Below, in pieces: positions 1-11,106 of a DNA stretch of 64,000 bases. The DNA lies in NCBI RefSeq assembly GCF_965222475.1, contig NZ_CBDCUB010000008.1, forward strand, positions 619,020 to 683,019, given 5' to 3'. Both the position numbers and the translations under genes were made by a program. Below the pieces are notes generated by a model. It did not search any database. It saw only the letters and a list, made by a program, of their open reading frames with translations, and was not told the origin of the DNA. The DNA comes from Candidatus Palauibacter sp. (GTDB lineage: Bacteria; Gemmatimonadota; Gemmatimonadetes; Palauibacterales; Palauibacteraceae). Numbering within the stretch: the stretch's first letter is position 1; every line of letters starts with the position of its first letter.

Positions 1-90
1 GGCGTCATACCGGAGCGCCGCGTGGACTGGTACGACCTCTCCGGCGCGGCTGACCCCGCAGTAGGCAAGCCGACGAGTGGGAGCCCGTGA
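1..90 (+). CDS. 3' end of an unidentified CDS entering from upstream of the window (partial)
   Basis: Frame is open from nt 1 to a TGA at about 88-90 (…VDWYDLSGAADPAVGKPTSGSP*). Too short to assign a family. Confidence 0.2.
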   Translation, partial: GVIPERRVDWYDLSGAADPAVGKPTSGSP

Positions 91-207
91 CGCGACCGGG
101 CGTAGCAACGCATAGCGCGGTAGACCCCTATCCGCCCGGGGGCAGGGGCGGACAGGGTCGTCGCTACGGAGCGAGACACGCCTTGGTCGGCTGTCCTGGG
201 GTTGCGC

Positions 208-2451
<2,244 letters not shown>

Positions 2452-2509
2452 CTACCCCGGAACGCTCGGGGTGCGCCGGCCACAGCTTCGGCCCGCAGGC
2501 GGCCGAACG

Positions 2510-2833
2510 TCAAGGAGCCGTCGGCGCCTCGTAGCGCTCGACCTCGATCTGGTCCTCCCGCGCCCGGGCCCGGGCCACGTCGAAGGCGGCCTGAAGTCGA
2601 ATCCAGGTTCCCGTCGTGGAGCCGAAGGCCTTCGCGAGCCGCACCGCCATGTCCGTCGAGATGCGCGCGTGGCCGTTCACGAGGTTGGAGAGCGCCTGCC
2701 GGCTCACGCCGAGCACTCGCGCGCCTTCCGTCACGCTGAGGCCGAGGGGTTCGAGGCAGGATACGCGAACCGCCTTGCCGGGGTTCGGCGGGCTCTTCAT
2801 CGGCATCGTGGTTCTCCGTTCATCCAGTGGCAA
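2510..2833 (-). CDS. higA: HigA-family antitoxin (XRE-type HTH). Probable true start is the Met at 2800, overlapping the upstream stop by ATGA.
   Basis: MKSPPNPGKAVRVSCLEPLGLSVTEGARVLGVSRQALSNLVNGHARISTDMAVRLAKAFGSTTGTWIRLQAAFD matches the HigA antidote pattern (MxxPxHPGE… followed by an HTH). The ATG at 2800 overlaps the TGA of the upstream higB remnant. Confidence 0.8.
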   Translation of the reverse strand: MPLDERRTTMPMKSPPNPGKAVRVSCLEPLGLSVTEGARVLGVSRQALSNLVNGHARISTDMAVRLAKAFGSTTGTWIRLQAAFDVARARAREDQIEVERYEAPTAP

Positions 2834-2898
2834 TCGAGGCTGCGGTCGTCGCGTTCATGGAAGCGCTTCAGCCCACGATGCCGGAAGCTCCGTATCAT
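2797..2898 (-). pseudogene. higB: degraded HigB-like (RelE/ParE superfamily killer) toxin remnant, 33 codons
   Basis: The ORF ends MIRSFRHRGLKRFHERDDRS-LDCHWMNGEPRCR*. The first 20 residues match the HigB N-terminus (MIKSFKHKGLK…), but the ~50-residue central part of a ~92-aa HigB is absent before a short C-terminal-like tail. The stop overlaps the higA start. Confidence 0.5.
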
Positions 2899-2903
2899 CG
2901 ACC

Positions 2904-2936
2904 GTAGTGTAAAGTGTCTAGCGACACTAGGCAATT
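2904..2936. promoter_or_regulatory. nested inverted repeats immediately upstream of the higB remnant; candidate higBA operator
   Basis: The sequence around 2904-2936 reads GTAGTGTAAAGTGTCTAGCGACACTAGGC. It contains AGTGTC-TAGC-GACACT (6-bp perfect arms) nested inside TAGTGT…ACACTA, just 5' of the higB start on the minus strand. Confidence 0.35.
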
Positions 2937-3029
2937 TGTCCAGGGTGTGTATTCGCTTGGGCTCGACGTCCGTACGATATTCTGCCGACGCTCGTCCTCC
3001 AGCGATCATCGGAAAACCATGGACGATTC

Positions 3030-4074
3030 ATGACCAGTGCGCCGACACGCGGGATCCCGCCGGACGGGGCCCCTTCGTACTCCCGTCGACTCCGGCCCGG
3101 GACGGATGCCGACGTGGTCCCCATGCGCGGGCGCAACGCGGGGGTGCCGCTCGACCTCGATCTGATCCGGGCGCAGGCCGCCAACCGGAGCGCGATCGAA
3201 CGCCGGGCCGCGACGCTGGGGAAGCGCCGCAGCATTAAGAAGGAGTGGCAGGCCGCCTGGCTCCTGCGCGCCGTGACGATGATCGACCTCACGACGCTCT
3301 CCGGCGACGACACCCCGGGGCGGGTGGCTCGCCTCGCCGCGAAGGCCCGCCAGCCCGTGCGTCCCGACCTGCTGCGCGCGCTGGGGGCTGAAGATCTCGG
3401 CCTGCGCGTGGCCTCCATCTGCGTCTACCCGACGATGGTGCCCGGCCGTCGTGGAAGCGCTCGCGGGCGACGACATCCCGGTGTGCGCGGTCGCCGCCGG
3501 CTTCCCTGCGGGGCTCACGCCGTTCAAGCAGCGCGTCGAGGAGATCCACGAGGCCGTCGAGGCCGGGGCGCGCGAGATCGACATCGTCATCACCCGCCGC
3601 CACGCGCTCACGGGCGACTGGGAGGCGCTGTACGACGAGGTCCGCGTCTTCCGCGAAGCGTGTGGCGGGGCGCACCTGAAGACGATCATGGCCACCGGCG
3701 AACTCGGCAGCCTGCGCAACGTCGCCCGCGCGAGCTGGACCTGCATGATGGCCGGGGCCGACTTCATCAAGACCTCGACCGGCAAGGAGAAGGTCAACGC
3801 GACGCTCCCGGTCGGACTCGTGATGGCGCGGGCGATCCGGGCCTACCGGCAGCTTTCCGGCTTCCATGTGGGCCTGAAGCCGGCCGGCGGCGTAGGGAAG
3901 GCCAGGCAGGCGCTGGAGTGGCTGATTCTCGTGAAGGAAGAACTGGGTGGAGCATGGCTCGACCGGTCGCTGTTCCGCTTCGGCGCGAGTTCGCTGCTCG
4001 CGGACATCGAACGCCAGCTGGAGCATCAGGTGACGGGGCGCTACTCCGCGTACCACCGGCACCCGCTGGGATGA
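3030..4074 (+). CDS. deoC: deoxyribose-phosphate aldolase, large DERA-like form. Reading frame is broken by an apparent +1 shift near 3440-3450 (ORF track: 3030..4109 continues as 3451..4074).
   Basis: N-terminal half (…KKEWQAAWLLRAVTMIDLTTLSGDDTPGRVARLAAKA…ICVYPTMVP) and C-terminal half (VEALAGDDIPVCAVAAGFPAGLTPFKQRVEEIHEAVEAGAREIDIVI…FIKTSTGKEK…) are both clearly DeoC/DERA but sit in different frames. An extra G in a CCCGGCC run near 3444 would account for it. The N-terminus resembles the eukaryote-type long DERA. Confidence 0.8.
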
Positions 4075-4105
4075 GACCGGCGGTGAGGGTCGGGTTGAGA
4101 GAGGG

Positions 4106-6520
4106 TTGAGGGGAATGCCGAAGATCGCGGAACTGTTCGAGACGATGGAGTACGGTCCCGCCCCGGAGGCCGCGGACGAGGCGTGGGCGTGGATCTCCGA
4201 ACGGGGTCCCCGCTTCGGCCACTACATCGGCGGGACCTGGTGCGAGCCCGCGGAGAGGGAGTTCTTCGCGACCCTCGATCCGAGCAACGAGGAGCAACTG
4301 GGGGAGGTCGCCCGGGGCGGCCCCGCCGATGTCGACCGCGCGGTGGCGGCGGCGCGGGCCGCGCAGAGTGCGTGGGAGGAGCTCGGGGGACACGGGCGGG
4401 CGCGCTATCTGTACGCGATCGCCCGCCACCTGCAGAAGCACTCCCGGCTCTTCGCCACGCTCGAGACGCTCGACAACGGGAAACCCATCCGCGAGTCACG
4501 GGACATCGACATCCCGCTCGTGGCGCGACACTTCTACCATCACGCGGGCTGGGCCCAGCTCATGGAGTCGGAACTGGCCGGCTACGAGCCGCTGGGGGTC
4601 GCGGGCCAGATCATCCCCTGGAACTTCCCGCTCCTCATGCTGGCGTGGAAGATCGCCCCCGCCCTCGCGACCGGGAACACCGTCGTCCTCAAGCCGGCCG
4701 AGTTCACCTCGCTGACCGCGCTCCGCTTCGCCGAACTCTGCGAGGAGATCGACCTGCCTCCGGGGGTCGTGAACATCGTGACCGGCGACGGCCGGACGGG
4801 CGCCGCCATCGTTGAACACCCGGACGTGGACAAGGTCGCCTTCACGGGCTCGACCGAGGTCGGGCGCATCATCCGGGAGACAACGGCGGGGACCGGCAAG
4901 AAGATCTCGCTCGAGCTGGGAGGGAAGTCGCCGTTCGTCGTGTTCGACGACGCGGATCTCGACAGCGTGGTCGAGGGCGTGGTGGACGCGATCTGGTTCA
5001 ACCAGGGCCAGGTGTGCTGCGCAGGCTCGCGCATCCTCGCGCACGAGGGGATCGCCGACGCGCTCGCCGACCGCCTGCGCGCCCGCATGGAGACGCTCCG
5101 CATGGGCGATCCGCTCGACAAGGGCGTCGACATCGGGGCGATCATCGCGCCCGTCCAGTTGCAGAAGATCGAGTCGCTGGTGGAAGAGGGGCGGGAAGAG
5201 GGCGCCACGATCTGGCAGCCGTCCTGGAGCGTCCCCCGGGACGGATGGTTCTACCCGCCGACCCTCTGCACCGACGTGTCGCCCGCGGCGCGCATCGCCC
5301 AGGTCGAAATCTTCGGTCCCGTCGTGGTGCAGATGACGTTCCGGACGCCCGCGGAGGCCGTCGCGCTCGCAAACAACACGCGCTACGGCCTCGCGGCGAG
5401 CGTCTGGACCGAGAACGTGAACCTCGCCCTCGACATCGCCTCGCAGATCAAGGCCGGGACGGTGTGGATCAACTGCACGAACGTATTCGACGCCGCGTCG
5501 GGGTTCGGCGGCTACCGCGAGAGCGGGTTCGGCCGCGAGGGCGGTCGGGAGGGGCTCCGGGAATACGTCCGCCAGCGTCCGGAGCCCGTGGAGTCGGGCC
5601 CCGGGGACGACCCGGTGTCGCTGGGTGGCGGCGATGAGGGGGACTCGGACGAGGGGGCCCCCCGCCGCGCGCCGTCGGCTGCGGTCGACCGGACGGCCAA
5701 ACTCTACATCGGGGGCCGGCAGGCCCGGCCCGACGGCGGGTACAGCCTGAAGGTCCTCGACCATCGGGGGCGCGCCGCGGGGGAAGTGGCCCGCGGGAAC
5801 CGGAAGGACGCCCGTAACGCGGTGGAGGCGGCGCTCGCTACGGAGTGGGCGCGCACGACGGCCCACCTTCGGGCACAGATCCTCTACTACGCGGGCGAAA
5901 ACCTCGATGCCCGCCGGGCGGCGTTCGAGGATCGGCTGCGCGCGCTCACCGGCTGCGACGCGGAAGCGGCGCGGCGCGAGGTCGAGGCGTCGGTGCGGCG
6001 CCTGTTCAGCTATGCTGCGTGGGCGGACAAGTGGGACGGCGCGGTCCACCGTACGCCCTTCCGCAACGTGACCCTCGCGATGCCCGAGCCTCTGGGCGTG
6101 ATGGCGGTCGTCTGCCCGCCGGAGCCCGCCCTCCTCGGTTTCATCTCCGCCGTGATTCCGCCCGTCTCGCTGGGGAACTCCGTCGTCGCCGTCGCCTCGG
6201 AGCGCTGGCCCCTGCTGGCCACCGACTTCTACCAGGTGTTGGAGACTTCGGATGTGCCGGGAGGCGTCATCAACATCCTCACGGGTCTCGAGGAGGAACT
6301 GCGGCCGACCCTCGCCGCCCACGACGCGGTGGACGGGATGTGGTATTTCGGGACGCCGGACGGGGCCGCCGATGTGGAGCGGCGTTCGGCCTCCAACCTC
6401 AAGCGCACGTGGGTGAGCGCGGGTCGGGGTCGGGACTGGTTCGGGGCCGGGGCCGAAGGGCGCGAGTTCCTCCGTTACGCCTCGCAGATCAAGAACATCT
6501 GGGTCCCTTACGGAGAATAG
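4106..6520 (+). CDS. aldehyde dehydrogenase, two-domain ALDH16-like architecture (complete N-terminal ALDH domain plus truncated C-terminal ALDH-like domain that lacks the catalytic Cys)
   Basis: 804 aa. The first ~500 aa carry ALDH motifs (…FTGSTEVGR…ELGGKSPFVVFDDADLD…FNQGQVCCAGSRI…EIFGPVV…). The last ~290 aa align to ALDH folds but without the ELGGK/QGQxC catalytic motifs. The gene sits 31 nt downstream of deoC. Confidence 0.8.
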   Translation: MRGMPKIAELFETMEYGPAPEAADEAWAWISERGPRFGHYIGGTWCEPAEREFFATLDPSNEEQLGEVARGGPADVDRAVAAARAAQSAWEELGGHGRARYLYAIARHLQKHSRLFATLETLDNGKPIRESRDIDIPLVARHFYHHAGWAQLMESELAGYEPLGVAGQIIPWNFPLLMLAWKIAPALATGNTVVLKPAEFTSLTALRFAELCEEIDLPPGVVNIVTGDGRTGAAIVEHPDVDKVAFTGSTEVGRIIRETTAGTGKKISLELGGKSPFVVFDDADLDSVVEGVVDAIWFNQGQVCCAGSRILAHEGIADALADRLRARMETLRMGDPLDKGVDIGAIIAPVQLQKIESLVEEGREEGATIWQPSWSVPRDGWFYPPTLCTDVSPAARIAQVEIFGPVVVQMTFRTPAEAVALANNTRYGLAASVWTENVNLALDIASQIKAGTVWINCTNVFDAASGFGGYRESGFGREGGREGLREYVRQRPEPVESGPGDDPVSLGGGDEGDSDEGAPRRAPSAAVDRTAKLYIGGRQARPDGGYSLKVLDHRGRAAGEVARGNRKDARNAVEAALATEWARTTAHLRAQILYYAGENLDARRAAFEDRLRALTGCDAEAARREVEASVRRLFSYAAWADKWDGAVHRTPFRNVTLAMPEPLGVMAVVCPPEPALLGFISAVIPPVSLGNSVVAVASERWPLLATDFYQVLETSDVPGGVINILTGLEEELRPTLAAHDAVDGMWYFGTPDGAADVERRSASNLKRTWVSAGRGRDWFGAGAEGREFLRYASQIKNIWVPYGE

Positions 6521-6527
6521 GAGTCGT

Positions 6528-7325
6528 CTACGGATCGGCCCAGTGATCGAGGGGGCCGCGGCCGGAGCCGAGACCCGGCGCCTGGGCGATGGCGGCGTGC
6601 GTGAAGGCGAGTCCCCGCTCGATCGCCGGCTCGAGCGCGATTCCCGAGGCCAGCCCCGCCGTGATCGCGGCCGAGAGCGTGCAGCCGGTTCCGTGGGTTT
6701 CCGTCGTCGGAACGCGGGGGGTCCGCCACACCCGCTTGCCTTCTCCGTTCCGGAACAGGTCCACCACCTCATCACCCGCCAGGTGCCCGCCCTTGACCAG
6801 CACGGCGCCCGCTCCCCGCGCGAGGATGGCCGCGGCCGCCGCGGACATGTCGGCTTCGGTCCTGACGGGTTGTCCCGCGAGGATCTCGGCCTCGGGCAGG
6901 TTGGGCGTGACGAGAGCGGCGAGGGGCAGGAGTTCTTCCAGGATGGCATCGACGGCGGCCGGGTAGAGGAGCCGGTCGCCGCTCGTGGCCACCATCACCG
7001 GGTCGACGACCAGCGGTGCTTCGAAACCGTGCAGGCCAGCGACGACGGCCCGCACGATGTCCGCGTTGGCGAGCATCCCCGTCTTCGCGGCCGCCGGTGG
7101 CAGATCCGCCCGCACCGATTCGATCTGGCGCCGTACGATCGGCGGGTCGAGCGCCTGTACCGCCTGAACCCCGATCGTGTTCTGCGCGGTCACGGCAGTC
7201 ACCGCACTCGTCCCGAACACGCCGAAGGTGTGGAAGGTCTTGAGATCGGCCTGGATCCCGGCTCCGCCCCCCGAGTCGCTCCCCGCGATCGTGAGTGCGG
7301 TGGCCCGCGCTGGCTTCTTCGGCAT
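6528..7325 (-). CDS. thiD: hydroxymethylpyrimidine/phosphomethylpyrimidine kinase
   Basis: 265 aa from [31 protein letters not shown]…[14 protein letters not shown]…[11 protein letters not shown]…VKGGHL…[14 protein letters not shown]. This is a canonical ThiD (ribokinase-like fold). The start was chosen at the Met preceding the GSDSGGGAG glycine-rich region. Confidence 0.85.
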   Translation of the reverse strand: MPKKPARATALTIAGSDSGGGAGIQADLKTFHTFGVFGTSAVTAVTAQNTIGVQAVQALDPPIVRRQIESVRADLPPAAAKTGMLANADIVRAVVAGLHGFEAPLVVDPVMVATSGDRLLYPAAVDAILEELLPLAALVTPNLPEAEILAGQPVRTEADMSAAAAAILARGAGAVLVKGGHLAGDEVVDLFRNGEGKRVWRTPRVPTTETHGTGCTLSAAITAGLASGIALEPAIERGLAFTHAAIAQAPGLGSGRGPLDHWADP

Positions 7326-7412
7326 CACGTATCCGCTCCGCTTGGTTCGCTCCGGTGCGCCGGTTCCGCCGGCGCGATGACACTGCGTTGTGCCTCGCCG
7401 TAAAATAAGGGT

Positions 7413-8180
7413 ATGCCGACGCGCGCGGAGATTAAGGCCTGGCGGTCGCTGCACCGCGGAAAGGGACGCCGGGAAACCGGGTGTTTCCTGGCGGAGGGGC
7501 GGCGGCTCGTCGGCGAGATGCTCGAGTGGCCGGGCCGCACGGTTGCGGTGCTGCACGCCGATGCGGCGGGCGGCGAACCGGCACTGGAGGTGCTGCTCGC
7601 GCACGCGGTGACGCGGGGTGTACGTACGGAAGCGGTGCCCGAAGCGATCATCCGGACGCTGGCCGATGCCGCCACGCCCCAGCCCATTCTCGCGATCGGC
7701 GAGGTGCCGGCGTACAGCTGGGATGACGTTGGCGGCGGCGCGATCGTGCTTCTCGACGGCGTGCAGGATCCGGGCAATGTCGGCACTCTCGTGCGCACCG
7801 CGCTCGCGCTCGGGGCCGCCGCCGTGATCGGCGTCGGGGAGGCCGCCGATCCCTGGGGGCCGAAGGCGCTGCGGGCCTCGGCGGGAGCGTCGTTCCGCGG
7901 CCCCGTCTTCCGGACGGACACCCGGGATGCCGTGGAGCGGCTGGCCGGGCGCGGGATCCCGATCTGGGTCGCCGCGGCAGGCGCCCCGCCGCTCGAGCGT
8001 CCACCGTCCGGGTCGGTTGCTCTCGCGCTGGGGAGCGAGGCGCGCGGCGTCTCGGCTCCCCTCCTCGCCGCCGCCCACCGCGTCGTCTCCCTGCCGCTCG
8101 CCCGGGGTGTGGAATCGCTGAACGTGGCCTCGGCGGGCGCCATCCTGCTCGATCGCATGCTGAGGCGGACGCCCGATTGA
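7413..8180 (+). CDS. TrmH/SpoU-family RNA 2'-O-ribose methyltransferase
   Basis: SPOUT motifs [34 protein letters not shown] and [20 protein letters not shown]. Confidence 0.8.
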   Translation: MPTRAEIKAWRSLHRGKGRRETGCFLAEGRRLVGEMLEWPGRTVAVLHADAAGGEPALEVLLAHAVTRGVRTEAVPEAIIRTLADAATPQPILAIGEVPAYSWDDVGGGAIVLLDGVQDPGNVGTLVRTALALGAAAVIGVGEAADPWGPKALRASAGASFRGPVFRTDTRDAVERLAGRGIPIWVAAAGAPPLERPPSGSVALALGSEARGVSAPLLAAAHRVVSLPLARGVESLNVASAGAILLDRMLRRTPD

Positions 8181-8941
8181 CTGAAGCCGTGACCACGGGC
8201 GTGGCCGCACTGCTCGGCGCGGTGGCCGGCTCTTTCCTCAATGTGTGCATCGCGCGCATGCCCGCCGGGGACAGCGTCCTGCGCCCAGGCAGCCGTTGCC
8301 CGGCGTGCCACGCGACGATCCGCTGGCGCGACAACCTCCCCGTCCTCTCCTGGATCCTGCTGCGGGCGCGCTGTCGCGACTGCGGCGGCCGCATCTCCTG
8401 GCGCTACCCCGCGATCGAACTTGCAACGGCCCTCGCCTGGGGTGGCATGGTCTGGATGTACGGCACATCCGTCACCGCCCTGACGGGTGCGGTCCTGTTC
8501 ACGCTCCTCCTCGCGATCGCGGTCATCGACGCGCGCCACTACGTGATCCCCGATCCCCTCTCGCTCGGCGGGTGCGCCGCGGGCCTCGCCCTCTCGGCGC
8601 TTCCGGGGTCGACGCCGCCGCTCGGGGCGATCGCGGGCGCGGTGCTCGGGTTCGGACTTCTCTACGTCGTGGCGTGGCTGGGCGAGAAGGCGTTCCGGAA
8701 GCCGGCGCTCGGAGGCGGCGACGTGAAGATGATGGCGATGGTGGGGGCGTTCCTCGGCCCCGGCGGCGCACTCCTCACGATCTTCCTGGGGTCCCTCGCC
8801 GGGTCCCTCGCCTTCGGTCCCGTCTCACTCAGGACGGGAAAGCCCGTGCCCTTCGGGACCTTCCTCGCGCTCGGCGCGGCGGTGGCATTCCTGTTCGGCG
8901 GCGTTCTCTTCGATTGGTATCTGCGCCTGTCGACACCTTGA
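8177..8941 (+). CDS. pilD: type IV prepilin leader peptidase / N-methyltransferase (A24 family)
   Basis: N-terminal TM helix, tetracysteine zinc motif ([33 protein letters not shown]) and catalytic Asp regions (…[11 protein letters not shown]…[16 protein letters not shown]…). Start overlaps the trmH-family stop. Confidence 0.85.
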   Translation: MTEAVTTGVAALLGAVAGSFLNVCIARMPAGDSVLRPGSRCPACHATIRWRDNLPVLSWILLRARCRDCGGRISWRYPAIELATALAWGGMVWMYGTSVTALTGAVLFTLLLAIAVIDARHYVIPDPLSLGGCAAGLALSALPGSTPPLGAIAGAVLGFGLLYVVAWLGEKAFRKPALGGGDVKMMAMVGAFLGPGGALLTIFLGSLAGSLAFGPVSLRTGKPVPFGTFLALGAAVAFLFGGVLFDWYLRLSTP

Positions 8942-9023
8942 GACGGTCGCGCGCGGAACACCTGTGTCCCTTGCTTGGGCGCTCTCTTCCCCGCACACCT
9001 GCTCGGCCGGCTGGTCTACTCGC

Positions 9024-9848
9024 TCATCGGCCAGGCCGACGCGGGGGGTAGCCGCGGGGAATGCTGCCCATGAGGCCACACAGGTCATGGTAGGTGGCGG
9101 AGTCCACCGGCAGCGTCCGCAGCGCCGCGTCCGTCGAGGCCCCGTCAAACTTGGCTTCACCGTAGATGATGTCGTTGACCACGCACCAGGTCGATGCCTT
9201 CCCGGCCTCCCGGGATGCCGGCGGGCCGGCTGCCTCCATTGCGGCGAGGAGGTAATCCAGGCCCCGGCCCTCGGGATCCGCCAGATAGATCGCGTATAGG
9301 TCTGAGCTGGCGCGCGGTCCGCTGGGCATGGATTCGTCAAAGTCCGCTGCTTGGGAGCGGGTGTAGATGGCGGCGATCGGATCGTTCGTCTCGTCCCCTG
9401 CCAAGCCGACCATGTGCCTCTCGTACAACCCCACGAGAAGGTCGAACGCGGGCTCGTATGGGACCCCCTCCTCCGGCACGACTGCCCGAATCAACGCAGA
9501 ACGCGCATCGAACCGAACCCCAAAAGGGTATCCCGTGTCCGCCGCCAGGCGGACCAGCGACTGCGCGAGCGCGTCCAGCTCGGCTTGGGGCCGGGGCTCG
9601 AAAAGCTGCGTAAGCACGGCCGCGACCGGCGCGGCGGGGGAAGCCTCCGGATCGCGGCGTTCGACGAGCTGTCGGAGCGCGGTCTCCGGCGTCGGGATGC
9701 GCAGCTCTCCGCCCTCGTCCAGAACCATGGCCCACCGCTGGGCCCATGACTGAGGCCTGGCGTCCCCATCTCGCGCCTGTGCCGCAGCGGGCCACGGCGC
9801 CAAGGCGCTTTGGAGCACTGCCACAACCAACATCGCATCTCGCCTCAT
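9024..9848 (-). CDS. secreted hypothetical protein, module component B1 (paralog of 11107..12093)
   Basis: 274 aa with N-terminal signal-peptide-like segment (MRRDAMLVVAVLQSALAPWPAAAQA). Shares motifs with B2 (…IYLADPEGRGLDYLLAAMEA… versus …VYSADPEGRGRDYVRALFEA…). No family recognised. Confidence 0.5.
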   Translation of the reverse strand: MRRDAMLVVAVLQSALAPWPAAAQARDGDARPQSWAQRWAMVLDEGGELRIPTPETALRQLVERRDPEASPAAPVAAVLTQLFEPRPQAELDALAQSLVRLAADTGYPFGVRFDARSALIRAVVPEEGVPYEPAFDLLVGLYERHMVGLAGDETNDPIAAIYTRSQAADFDESMPSGPRASSDLYAIYLADPEGRGLDYLLAAMEAAGPPASREAGKASTWCVVNDIIYGEAKFDGASTDAALRTLPVDSATYHDLCGLMGSIPRGYPPRRPGR

Positions 9849-9894
9849 GCCTCAGCTCCTCGTCTACTGCAGAGAATCCCTCGCGCCGGACCCG

Positions 9895-11094
9895 TCACGG
9901 GCACGCCGTCCCGGTGTGGCCCAGAGCCGTCGGTCTGTCGAGCACCCAGCCTCCCGCCCATCGGTAGTGCCAGAACGGCGCGGCTGCGGTCGCCTCAGAC
10001 ACGTTGAAATCCATCCCTTCGCGCATAGCTCTCTCCACTTCGGTCAAGAGCATTCTAGCTTGCTCCGTGGCGGTTTCGAGTAACCCTTCGAGCCTTTCCA
10101 ACTTGTCTCGAATATTCTGGGAGGCCCGGCAGCTCTCATACCTCGATGCGTGCTGCTCCTCGTGCTGCTTAACGGGATCATGGAACGACGAACGGGCCGT
10201 CCCGGTGCCACATTCCTCGTTCACCTCGTAAACCGTGGCCGGATCGCCCAGTTGCGCGTGGTTCCCGCAATGCTGCCGGAGTTCGTGCGCCGTCACGACG
10301 CCAGTAGTCTCATAAGCCCAGGGTCGTTCCGGGTTGGTCGGCTTAAGATCCGGATGTATGTAGAACTGCGCGACTATGGTCTCCGCCGGCCAGGAGATGT
10401 AGCGCGTGCCCTGCCACGGTCCCGTTCCCGAGCCCGCAACCAGCCCCGGGATGTTGACGGCGAACCGCCCCCATTCGTCACTTGCCCAAGATTCTGTGTG
10501 CGGAGTAGCGTACACAGGAATGGTACCTGCAGCAGGAAAGGCCCACATCCCTGCCCCCACCTCGACGATCCCGGTCATCGTCGTGTCGGCGACTTCCGGT
10601 CCCGAGATGCTGACGGTCATGCTGATCGTGCTCGTGGCCGTTCCCTCCCAACTGGTGAAGTCCTCTTCGGTATCGGCGGGGCGCGCCACGCCCGCTCCCG
10701 TCACCCAGGCGTAGTTGAGGTCGGAGAGCGTCACGGCGGTGTCGGTCGTCGTCACGTAGCAACCCCCGGTTGAGCCACGCGGCGGTGAGTTGCAGTTCAA
10801 GTTGAACGCCACCACCCTGGATCCCTCGTCGCCGTCGTCGCCGCCCTTGGGGTTGGTCCCGCCGAGACCGATGGGGAAGCCCGTGCCCTTCGGGACCTTC
10901 CTCGCCCTCGGCGCGATCATGGCATTCCTATTCGGGGACACCCTCTTCGATTGGTATCTGCGCCTCCGGATTCCGATGGCCAATCCGTCGTAAGATTCCG
11001 GGTCTCTCTCCGGCGTCCCGGATCTGGAGGCGAAGATGCAGCCAGCTAAGGCGCGTGACGGGGCGCTGGTCCCCAATAGGGTCTGGGCCCGCAA
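9895..11094 (-). CDS. HExxH-motif protein A1, 5'-truncated paralog of 12074..13951. The annotated first ~75 codons are antisense to a pilD 3' fragment and are probably not native.
   Basis: Shares the IGLGGTNPKGGDDGDEGSRV…RGSTGGC.VTTTDTAVTL…TST.SMTVSISGPEVADTTMTGIVEV core and a C-terminal FHDPVKQHEEQH (HExxH) with A2. Homology to A2 begins only at about 10870. Upstream of that the ORF is complementary to a copy of the pilD 3' end. Confidence 0.45.
   Translation of the reverse strand: MRAQTLLGTSAPSRALAGCIFASRSGTPERDPESYDGLAIGIRRRRYQSKRVSPNRNAMIAPRARKVPKGTGFPIGLGGTNPKGGDDGDEGSRVVAFNLNCNSPPRGSTGGCYVTTTDTAVTLSDLNYAWVTGAGVARPADTEEDFTSWEGTATSTISMTVSISGPEVADTTMTGIVEVGAGMWAFPAAGTIPVYATPHTESWASDEWGRFAVNIPGLVAGSGTGPWQGTRYISWPAETIVAQFYIHPDLKPTNPERPWAYETTGVVTAHELRQHCGNHAQLGDPATVYEVNEECGTGTARSSFHDPVKQHEEQHASRYESCRASQNIRDKLERLEGLLETATEQARMLLTEVERAMREGMDFNVSEATAAAPFWHYRWAGGWVLDRPTALGHTGTACP
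10868..10975 (+). repeat. ~108-bp copy of the pilD 3' end (about 90% identical to 8830-8940); tandem-duplication junction
   Basis: Encodes [31 protein letters not shown], near-identical to the PilD C-terminus at 8830-8940, but lies inside the 5' part of the minus-strand A1 ORF. Confidence 0.6.
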
Positions 11095-11106
11095 CCAAGC
11101 CGCATC

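Noticed and set aside
2901-2940. Resemblance between the higBA operator region (GTAGTGT-AA-AGTGTC…GCGACACTAG) and the IS630 terminal repeat (CTAGTGTAGTGTCGC / GCGACACTACACTAG at 29374 and 30499).
   Set aside because: Both are built from AGTGTC/GACACT half-sites, but the match is short, gapped and has no flanking TA duplication. It is more likely coincidence of palindromic motifs than a solo IR or MITE. Noted in case a genome-wide search finds more copies.
4496-6949. 817-aa minus-strand ORF opposite the ALDH16 gene. The same applies to 739..2739(+) opposite katG, 7325..8539(-), 38504..41539(-), 44205..49136(-, 1643 aa), 49601..52753(-), 59610..62588(-), 53150..54838(-), 41869..43779(-), 55874..57109(-) and 58270..59820(-).
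   Set aside because: Long open frames antisense to strongly supported genes are expected at about 70% GC. Their translations are Arg/Pro/Gly/Ala-rich with no recognisable motifs, and they would leave no room for the real genes.
7326-7412. Looked for a TPP riboswitch in the thiD 5' leader.
   Set aside because: The 87-nt leader lacks the CUGAGA box and the conserved pyrimidine-binding helix. No THI-element signature could be seen.
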